Assembly (NCBI GenBank): GCA_964016885.1
Contig: OZ024742.1
Coordinates: 120,280,001 to 120,344,000, forward strand
Reading direction: 5' to 3'
Origin: Eledone cirrhosa
Taxonomy: Eukaryota
DNA length: 64,000 nt
Positions 54,056 through 64,000 of the stretch are shown here, piece by piece (position 1 is the stretch's first letter; every line of letters starts with the position of its first letter). Below the pieces are notes generated by a model. It did no database searches and had not been told where the DNA came from. It was given only the letters and a program-made list of their open reading frames with translations. The translations under genes and the position numbers were made by a program.

Positions 54056-54944
54056 CAAAATTAGTACCTTGAAGCCAATGAAGTCACTTGACTTACAAAT
54101 GGTTGCTCAACTGACGTATATAACAGTCAAATTTCCCTCAAATTATATCCAACCAACATTTTTTTTAAATGAGCAAATTAGATAATAAAATCCTAGATAT
54201 ACTACGTCTGAAGAAAAAATAGGATGGTCAATAAGAAAGTACAAGTCTAGTACTGGGGTTGATTTTTCCTCCTTATTACTGTCTTAGTTCCTCTCCATCA
54301 CACACACACTCTCTCTCTCTCCTTCTCTGTGTCCAGACCTGGAGAATGATGGGCTCCACCAGGTTTAAAATGTCCAAGAAATGTTCTATATTACTACAAA
54401 ACCTCTATGACACCTCCAGAGGTTACTGGAGGGAATTTAACTGAAAAACATTTGCCTGAAACAAAAAAAAACAAAAAAACATTGTTACCCCTGATCAAAT
54501 AGATTTGTAACAGGCTGAGTGACTTCATTGGCATCAGAATACTACTATCTCTAAAATATACATTCACAATCAGAATTAGAAGGAAGTAGTGACTAGAAAG
54601 ATTACTTGAATATCCTAGATACTAGCTGTGATTTATGACTAAAAATATCATTAGAAATATAGCTACATGGTATCATTAGTAATATAACTATTCTAATTCT
54701 TATATTAATTTGAACAGAAATCATATCATTTTTTTTTTTAATTTAAAAAACATAACAAAAGAAATCTCAGTATAAATTTGTAATCTTCTGCAATTTATTA
54801 CAATACATTTCAAACTACACAAGATTACCAACATAGATTTAAGCAGTTTTAATATCTAGATTTTCATCAGAACCTAATTAATAATTTAGAGGAAACAAAA
54901 AAATTAATGAATTTAAAAAAAAAAAAAGTGAATGTATCTGTGTG

Positions 54945-54993
<49 letters not shown>

Positions 54994-55135
54994 TTCTTTT
55001 AAAATTATGAGGAATAAAAAAGAAAGATTAATTTCTTTTTTATCAAAGCAGCTTACCAAATTAAGCTTATGGGGTAAGAAAAACAAATAAAAAAGGATAA
55101 AATGAAGATATGTATGATAATATATAATTATAAAA

Positions 55136-55312
55136 GGAATCTAAAATTCCTGTCTACCAGTACAGTGTTACTATGGTAACGTATGATTGTAAGACCTACT
55201 GGAATCTAAAATTCCTGTCTACCACTATAGTAGTGTTACTATGGTAACGTATGATTATAAAAGACCTACTGGAATCTAAAATTCCTGTCTACCAGTATAG
55301 TAGTGTTACTAT
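55136..55312. repeat. ~65-70-bp tandem repeat, 2.6 copies
   Basis: ggaatctaaaattcctgtctacca at 55136, 55201 and 55271. Confidence 0.9.
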
Positions 55313-55814
55313 GAAGAATGAGAAACTTGATTATCTAAAGCAATCTAACAATGGTGAGTTGGAAGAATTATTAGAACAACAAACAAAATGCTTTGTGGTA
55401 TTCCTTCTGGTTCTTTACATTCCACGATCAATTCTAAATGAGACAACTTTACCTTTCATTCTTGCAGGGTCAATAAAATAAACTATCAGCCAGATATTGG
55501 GATCAATCTAATCGACTTTTCCCTTCCCCAGATTGCTGGTCTTGTAACTAACTTAGAAACCATTATCTAAATAATCATGGATTAAGGATAATAATGTAAA
55601 TGATCTTTAAAACCATTCTTGATGCTAACATGTCAGAGACAGCTCTTTGGTTCAGTTATAAAACTGTCCTTCTTAAAATATTCATAATTTTAATTAACCC
55701 TTTTGATACTAACCCACCCCAAACCACCTAAAGCTCTATAAATCAATACCAACCATTTTAATAGCTTTAATTTAACCCTTTTGATACCACATTGCTTGAA
55801 ACTACCTCAAGTTC

Positions 55815-55816
<2 letters not shown>

Positions 55817-55871
<55 letters not shown>

Positions 55872-55951
55872 TGTTTCTACTTTAGGCACAAGGCCAGCAA
55901 TTACCCAGTGCATTACTGGTACTTTATTTTATCGACCCCGTAAGGATGAAA
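55817..55951 (-). mobile_element. 5'-truncated SINE with expanded (AAT)n tail
   Basis: About 18 AAT units followed by tgtttctactttaggcacaaggcc...cgtaaggatgaaa. Confidence 0.85.
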
Positions 55952-56409
55952 ATAATAAACATACATATATTAAACATATGCGACAAACCACATAGATACA
56001 CAGATCAAACAAACGCATACTACTACAGTCTATTCAACAAAACTCAGTAACGACAACGCCATCACTATAGTCACCGCCGCCACCACCACTCCTTCATTGC
56101 TACCACCACTATTCCCCCACTACCTTCTGTTAATTTAAGAAAGGGGAAGGTGGCAGTATCACTAGACAAGGGAGATGCTAGCAAAGATATAAATGGACTG
56201 ACTTAGTGACCCGGTCAAACGTCAACGACTATGGCACTGTTGGCTCTCCCCTTCCCCACCAACAATAGAAAAAGCCCCAGCACCACCACCGACATAGCCA
56301 ACAACAATAACAGGCAACTTCAGCAAAAAGTATATTATATTATTAATAATAATTTCATTCTTAAGCCATGCAATGCTCACATTAAGGAACCACTCCTGAT
56401 AATAACAAT

Positions 56410-59340
56410 TTAAAAAACAACAAAAAAGAGAAAACAAAGAAATTCCCACAAGAAATCTACTTGGCAAGAGAACATCAATCGCCAAATAAACCTTCTCCGA
56501 TCTGACAGAAATTTTAACAAACTACAAAGTAGGTGAACATGTTAAACAAACTAAACTTAGAAAATTGAAAAGAAAATACAGTATAAAATCAACAAGTGAC
56601 ATAGACATGCTGATAGAAATAATCAAGCAAAAAGTGTCGGCCAAAGCTGCTCGTATAAGGTGCTTTGAAAAACGATCTAGATTCTATAAGGACAATAATA
56701 TGTTCAAAAACAACCAAAGAAACTTCTACAGAAAAATTGGCAAGTCTACAATAACTGCTAAATCAATACCACCCAAGGAGGAAGTGCAAGAATTCTGGGA
56801 AAAGATCTGGGCCGAAGAAAAAGTTCATAATATACATGCCCCATGGATAGACAGACAAATGAAAGATACAGCTCACTTTGAGGAACAAATATGGGAAAAT
56901 ATAACAGTTGAACAGTTGCGTTTGGCTCTTAGAAAAATCAGCAAATGGAAATCCCCAGGAAAAGACAAAATACAAAATTTTTGGATAAATGCCTTCACAG
57001 AGTCTCGTGAGCTGTTAGCCCAACTTTACAATGAAATAGTTAAGGAGCCAGAAAAGATACCATCATGGCTAGTTAACAGCATTACATTCCTGCTTCCGAA
57101 GAATTATGAGACAAACAATCCCCAAAATACAGACCGATAACTTGCTTGACCACAATGTATAAAATTTTAACATCAGTCTGAATATACATATGACCACCTG
57201 ATAACAAATGATCTATTTCCCAATGAGCAGAAAGCGTATAAACGAGCCTCATATGACTGTAAGGATCAGCTTTTGGTTAACAAAATGATACTGGATATTG
57301 TCATAATAGACACAAAAATCTATCAATTGCTTGGATAGATTATAAAAAAGCATTCGATAGTTTGCCACACAGTTGGATTGAAAAATGTTTAGAGATTTTC
57401 AAAATATCTCCCGTTGTCAGGAGGTTCCTGTCATTCAGTATGAAGACATGGAAAACGACACTCCTTTTGAATAGTGAAAAAAAATCACTGGAAGCTGGAG
57501 AAGTTAATATTAATTGTAGAATTTTTCAGAGTGACTCTTTATCACCGCTTTTATTCTGCATCGCACTTATACCATTAAGTAAAATGCTCAATGAAACAAA
57601 ACATGGATATAAAGTCTATGACAAAACCATTAATCACTTGTTCTACATGGATGACCTGAAACTATTTGCAAAAAATGATGAACAATTGCAAGGGCTATTT
57701 TCCACTATGGAGCAGTTCAGTGATGACATTAAAATGGAGTTTGGACTAGATAAATGCGCCAAAGCAACGTTCACCAGAGGAAAGCTGCTGAAAAGTTCAG
57801 ACATTAATCTTGATCGGGGGAATGTGATAAGAGAACTTGATCAAGAGGAAACTTACAGATATCTAGGTGTTTGTGAAGGAGACGGAATTAAGCACTCAAC
57901 AATGAGGGAAAGGATAAGGAAGGAATGTTACCGCAGAGTGAGAGCAATCTTAAGAACGGAATTGAATGCAAGGAATAGGATCGATGCCATAAACACGCTT
58001 GCCATACCAGTAGTAACCTACAGTTACAATGTCATCAACTGGTCAAGCACAGAGATCCGTAGGCTCGATACAAAAATTAGAAAATTCTTAACCATGTACA
58101 GAATGCATCACCCTAAGGCAGATACAGATAGAATATATCTCCCTAGGAAAGAAGGAGGACGTGGGTTAATCCAGTTAGATATTGCGTTGAAAACTGCAAC
58201 AATTGGATTATCTACATATCTAAGGGAATCACATGATTGGATGATCAAACTCGTTATGAGACATGAAAGCATCAAAAGATCATACTCCATTACAAAAGAT
58301 GCACAAAGATACAGTAATGGACTACAAATTTCAGAAGTCCCATTTACTGCTGAAATGGAAAACACAGAAAAAGCAAAGCAGGTAAAAGTAATTGCAAAGA
58401 AAGAACTGCTACAGAAACTGGCTAAGAAATGGCAAGAAAAGCCTCTGTATGGAAAATACCCAGAAAGAGCTAACAATCCTGATGTTGACAAAACTTTAAC
58501 CCATCAGTGGTTGGCATCCTCTGGACTGAAATCGGAGACTGAAGGACTGATTATATCAGCACAAGATCAGTGTCTGCCAACAAAAAATTACCAAGCCAAC
58601 ATAATAAAAAAAATGGATGCAACCCATTATGCCGTGTATGTAAAAAACAACCAGAGACCATTGATCATATAATTTCAATGTACAGTCCTATAGCTCCAAC
58701 CGAATACCTAAACAGGCATGACAGAGCTGCACAATACATACATTGGATAATGTGTAAGCATTTTGACCTGCCCCATCAAAAGAATTGGTGGGAGCATCAA
58801 CTACCTCCCATACTTGAAAAAGATCACATCTCAATCTTGTGGAACTTTAGCATCCAAACACCGAAAAATAGATGCAAATAGACCTGATATAATATTGAAG
58901 GACTTTAAAACGAGGGTATTCCTGCTAATTGATATGTCCGTTCGAATAGACAAGAATGTATCTATAAAAACATTTGAAAAATTGAGCAAGTATAAGGACC
59001 TGGAGATAGAAATTGGAAAAATGTGGAAATTGAGAACTAAAACAATACCAGTGGTTGTAGGTGCTCTGGGAATTATACCTAAGGGGTCTAATGATTACTT
59101 ATCGCAAATTCCAGTAAACCCGCGTATAGGAGAAATACAAAAGATAGTACTAATGGGAACTGCCCATATACTAAGGAAGATTCTGTCAATATAAGTACAT
59201 CACAAGTCTAAACACTAAAGATGCATGTGTGAGTATGTATGTTCTTTCTTGAACATGGCGGACCTTGTTGTCTCTTGAGGTCACTGGTTGTGACTTGGTG
59301 ATAACTCGTATGAACATAAAGCAAGATAAATGCAACTGTA
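56410..59340 (+). mobile_element. 5'-truncated R4/Dong-clade non-LTR retrotransposon (RT + CCHC knuckle + RLE)
   Basis: WKSPGKD, IDYKKAFDS, IFQ.DSLSPLLF, HLFYMDDLKL, EGGRGL, CRVC...ETIDHIIS, RHD, RPDII, KLSKYKDL, IPVVVGALG; TSD ataataacaat at 56399-56409 and 59341-59351. Confidence 0.93.
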
Positions 59341-59351
59341 ATAATAACAAT

Positions 59352-59465
59352 AATAATATTAATTGTTTCTACTTTAGGCACAAGGCCAACAATTACCCAG
59401 TACATTACTGGTACTTTATTTTATCGACCCCGTAAGGATGAAAGGCAAAGTTAACCTCGGCGGGA
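59352..59465 (-). mobile_element. 5'-truncated SINE whose AAT tail hosts the R4/Dong insertion
   Basis: aataatattaattgtttctactttaggcacaaggcc...aacctcggcggg. Confidence 0.85.
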
Positions 59466-61636
59466 GTGTTCATATTTATCTAAAAAACCTTCCATCATAA
59501 TTTTATGTAAGAACCTTTGTTAAGTTGTATTCCCAGTAATATTTTGATAATGAGGAAGTTAGAATATTTGAAATCTGACAACCCTGACAACAATTAAACA
59601 TGTGATATGATATTTAATTCTTTTTTACTCTTTTATTCTCTTTTACCTGTTCCAGCTATCTGGCTGAGGCCATGCTGGGGCACCAATTGTTTATTAATAT
59701 TCTAAATTTCTTATCATTGACAAACCTTGATTAAGGTGTCACAAAAAATGTCCTTTTTTAATTGTGTGTCATCCATATGAAAAATTTGAAAAGCTCTATT
59801 CTAGAAGAAAGACAATCTATGCCAGTGTATTACAGGTATTGGAAGAAAGGAAAAATTTGGTAACTAAAAATGTGTATGTATAAGCCCATAATTCCTGATG
59901 GTGTTGTAAACTTGGCAGAGCTCATCCTCTCACCAGGTCTGAACACAACTAATTTCTTCCATGATAAAGAAGAAGTGAACGGGATATAGAGGAAGAACCA
60001 ACTCCAGTACTGGATTCGTATTTTTTTTTATCAACCTTGAAAGGATGAAAGGCAAAGTTGGTCTCAGCTGGTTTTGAACGCCGAGCTCAGAGAGCTGAAA
60101 TGAATACTGCAAAGCATTCTATCCAACATCCAAACATCTCTGTGACTTATAACAAAAAGATGTACCCAAATGTTTGGGGTTTTTTTTTCATTTCGTTTTG
60201 TTGGGTTTTTTTTTGGGGGGGGGGGGGGCCACTGACTATTTTAGAAAGTATTAACAGCAGTGCTACAAATTTACGGGTGTCTAATTTAGACAAAAATCAT
60301 CATGAAATAGAAATTTTTTAACACTTTTAATCATAATAGTTACAAAGAACCAATTAGTTGAACACAAACTGAAGTAGAAATGTCTAATATGAACCATAAG
60401 CCTAACTCGTGATTAGTATCAAAACAAGTTTTACAGCATCTTTAGCATCTTCCTTATTTCAAATTCAGATAAATGTTGTCAACATGCCAACCAGATAAGA
60501 AAAATATAATATAAGGAGGATGGAGGAGGAGATGGGGTTTAATGAATTTGGTAAAGTTAATGGAGCAAAATGATTACAGCTTCATGCTGAGAATTATATA
60601 GCTGCATAAAAGGAACAAGTAATAATAAATGGCCATATTAAAAACAACAAAACAATGGCAGAAACTCAAGAATAGTAAACATATTACCTCTACTCAGAGA
60701 ATAAAAAAACCCTGCAGAAATGTAAAGTAGGAGGCATATAAAATGGAAAAGCTCAATAGAAATTGTTAAAATACAATAAAAATACATTAGTTACTAATTA
60801 TGACTTTAATAAAACTTTGAAACCAATGAGATCAAGATTATCATTTTAGGTCTATTTTATCATGCTGGTGGTGGTGGTTGGGTCATCAGAGACATGTTTG
60901 TTCATATTCAGAATAACTAGATGAGTTGGAGACCATGTCCATTCCTGTGTTTCCTTGTTTGCATATTTGAATGTCTTTCCTATTACAAACCACTATTAGA
61001 TGCATTTTATCACGGCCCCCATAGCAGAAGCTATATTGTTTCTGGCAAACTAAAAAATCGTCTTCCTTTCTACTCTATATTGTCTACATTTGTTCAAAGC
61101 TTTCAGAATGTACTGGGTGTATTTTATTGTGATACCAGTACTAAAAGGGGTTCACTCCTAGCAAAAATATACAGTCATTTCTACACAATGCTGTCTACTT
61201 ACCAGCATCAAAAGGTTGTCTTGTCCCCAGCAGATAAAATAGGGGGTGATGCATGAGAGGGATAGAGGAAAGATGGGAGAGAGAGGGAGAGAAAGTGATA
61301 GACAACTACATGATGATTGTTGGTAAGGAGATTTGAAGAGAGTGATCGAAGGGAGACAGGGAGATTAGACAAGGGGGTCCTGGAAGTGAAAAAGTGTTGA
61401 GGGAGAATGATGGGAGAGGAATATATGTCAACAATGAGGGATAGAGGAAGGAGTGATATTGATAACAGTGATGGATAGGATTGAAGATGGGTGATGGTAA
61501 GAGAGTGAGTGGTAAGTGTTAATCAATGATATGTGAGGGAGTAATAGGAGAGAACAATGGTGAGCAATAAAGAAATGGGTGACAGCAAGGAAGGTATTGA
61601 ATATAAATAGAATAAATGTGATGGCACTCTTGTTAA

Positions 61637-61845
61637 CCCTTTAGCATTCACATTACTCTATATATATACTATTATATTTTCATAGTAAAGGCTTTATCTC
61701 ATATAATATCGAATCTATGAGATTTTGAAAGTATTTATTTTGAGAACAATACCTTAACATAAGTCTGAGCGACCAGTTACAGCCAGTTTCAACAGAAATA
61801 GGTAGAGAATTCTGGCCGGTTTTGGCCAGTTTGAACATTAAAGGG
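61637..61845 (-). mobile_element. piggyBac-derived MITE
   Basis: TTAA on both sides (61633-36, 61846-49); inverted homologue of 11144..11363. Confidence 0.9.
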
Positions 61846-62039
61846 TTAAGCAGTAGCTGTGTTCCAGCCTGGAGAGGGGATGGGCTCTGGTAGGTTCAAA
61901 ATGCTCAAGATATGCTGTATATTACTATAACACCCCTAGAACTCTACCAGGAGGAGAAAGAAAAAATATCCATCATCAATAGTCATCATTTTTTACATGT
62001 TTTTTCTCCATGCACAGTAAGGTACAACAATTACATCTC

Positions 62040-62520
62040 CTGAGGTTCAACCTCTTCAGATCAGTTGTCATAACTCCATTCCATGTCTTCTTTGGCCTCC
62101 CTTTTCCAAAGGTTCCATCCACTTGGAGTACTTGGCACTCTTTAATAATCTGTCATCCTCACATGCATCACATTCCCATATCAGTGTAGTCCTTTCTTAT
62201 GCAAATGCAAATTAAACCCAATTCCTCTCATAACCAGTTTTACTTTCAGCTTTCCAACCTTTGCAAATCATTTACATTGAAGACTCATGTTTTCTTATTA
62301 TGCAGCATCAAACTTCATACAATCTGCCCTTCGTTCTGAGAGAGAAACCTTTTCTTGCAAGCAGATATAATAGTTCCCTGAACTTTTTTCTACCCTGTCC
62401 TTACTTTCAATGCTTTCAGACACCCATCTTCATTGTTAATTAGGTCTTCTAGGAAACAAAAGCTATGATTTGCTTCTAGTAAGTATCACAGTAGTGCTCC
62501 AAAAAGGAGCAACAAGCATA
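62040..62520 (-). mobile_element. Decayed RTE 3' coding fragment
   Basis: Reverse strand shows remnants of F.EL..L..KGFSLR.KGRLY and .YG.VM.V motifs. Confidence 0.55.
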
Positions 62521-62589
62521 GTTTGATTGTGCAAAAATCCGCTTTTTTGCTTGATAATTTTCATGTCAAAATACATTTTTTCTGTGGAC

Positions 62590-64000
62590 ATCATCATCAT
62601 CATCATCATCATCATCAACGTTTAACGTCCGTGTTCCACGCTTGCATGGGTTTGGACGGGGGTAGTCCCACTTGAGGCAAGAGTGATTGTCTTGCTCGCA
62701 TAGGACTGTCTGGCAGGTTTTCTACAGTTGGATGCCCTTCCTAACACCAACCACATTTACAGTGTGGGTCTGGGAGGTTTTTACCGTGTTGCCTACACGG
62801 CCACATTACAGCGTGGACTGTGTGTTTTTTTGTCGTGACACCTACACGATCTCACTTGTTTCGGCCTGGATGGCGCGGCACCAACATAACTTTACATAGA
62901 ACGGGGTGGTGTGGATGGGGTGGGGGTGGTGGCGGGACGGGGTGTATTTTGCTAGAGATGCCTACTGGCAAGGCGGGTCTTCTCTGTTACTGAGTACCGC
63001 CAAAGGTCTCGGTCCAGTGACATTGTCCTGGAGAGGTGCAAGTGTGTGAGGTCGGAGTTTATCAGCTCATCCCATGTTTTTCTAGGTCTGCCTATTCCAT
63101 GGCTACCGTCTATCTTTATTGCCCTGCACTTTGTTATGCAGCTATCGACTTTCATGCGCATCACGTGTCCATACCAACGCAGCCTTCCCTCGAGCAAACA
63201 ACACCCGATCCCTCTTATCTCCAATTTTTTCCTTAGTTCGTTTATGCCCCGCCGCTCACGCATATTACCGCTACACATCCAGCGGAGCACGCAAGCCCCG
63301 CCCCTCTCCAGTCCGCGCACACCCTCTGCACACAATGCCCAGGTCCCACTACCATGCAACATCGCTGTTCGTATGCAGGCATCGTACAACCTGCCTTTCA
63401 TTTTTAGGGAGAACCCTTTAGCAGCTAATAGTGGTATAAGCTCTCTGAACTTTTTCCAACCAGTTCTGACTCTAGCTACAGTACTTTCAGAGCACCCTCC
63501 CCCACCGCTGATTTTATCGCCCAGGTAACGGAAGCTGTCCACTATTTCTATAGAACCCTCTGCGCAATTGAAAGAGCTAGTATTCTGTGGGCACCCGCTG
63601 CCACTTATTGCACCAGAACACCGGCCACACGCAAAGTCTATGCTCCCAGTTAGCTTACCTGTGATCCCACTACATCCCCTATGCACCCATACCTCGCATT
63701 TAGGACACAAGATGGAGCCCCCACCCACGCCTTTCCTACATACCGAGCACGACCATTTCCCAGAAGGGACCGCCGCCTTGTTTTCCCCCCTACAAACTAG
63801 AACTTTGGTCTTAGCCAGGTTAACCTTAAGTCCTTTTGACTCTAGGCCGTGCCTCCCATGTTTGGAACCTCCCCTCCAGCTCGGTCATTGATTCCGCCAT
63901 GAGCGTCAGGCCGTCTGCGCACAGGAGCCCCCATGGGCAGCCTGTCCTGAACTCCTCTGTTATAGCCTGAAGGGCAATAATAAATAGTAGGGGGCTGAGA
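62590..64000 (-). mobile_element. RTE family A copy with clustered A>G hypermutation (runs off window end)
   Basis: ORF 62952..63728 is colinear with 7490-8200; 3' UTR and (GAT)n tail at ~62590; Lys/Glu/Asn/Arg/Ser codons converted to Gly/Arg. Confidence 0.95.

Noticed and set aside
54335-54457. Strong minus-strand acceptor at ~54457
   Set aside because: All three frames hit stops before a good donor; the acceptor may just reflect an A-rich tract.
55871-59443. Apparent ~80-bp target duplication flanking the R4/Dong element
   Set aside because: These are two independent truncated SINE copies; the true boundary is the 11-bp TSD at 56399/59341, with ~450 bp of unrelated DNA between the left SINE and the element.

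Overview
AT-rich, microsatellite-rich eukaryotic (metazoan) DNA. The repeat repertoire (tRNA-headed SINEs with a Nin/Deu-type core, RTE LINEs with (GAT)n tails, abundant TA/CA tracts) suggests an octopus/coleoid cephalopod; this is an inference. Nearly all recognisable sequence is transposon-derived: a near-full-length RTE LINE with a PHD-like Cys module (4.5-8.6 kb), fragments of two RTE families, a 5'-truncated R4/Dong-type RLE retrotransposon with an 11-bp TSD (56.4-59.3 kb), CRE- and Hero-like RLE relics, a full-length frameshifted piggyBac with related MITEs, a Tc2/pogo element, a non-autonomous Helitron, Penelope-type hammerhead motifs and several minisatellites. Three short exon-like segments hint at a minus-strand host gene with very long introns; I could not identify it. 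The strongest unusual signal is the RTE copy at 62.6-64.0 kb, which has dense, clustered, one-directional A>G changes on its sense strand (YADD>CADG). This looks like ADAR hyper-editing recorded in DNA, either genuinely retrotransposed or introduced into the assembly from RNA reads. Also notable: a pogo element whose catalytic half is replaced by an inverted, TIR-less piece of a deleted piggyBac, and a 27-bp minisatellite grown from an RLE retrotransposon. All alignments and counts were done by eye; family assignments rest on motif recognition, not database searches.
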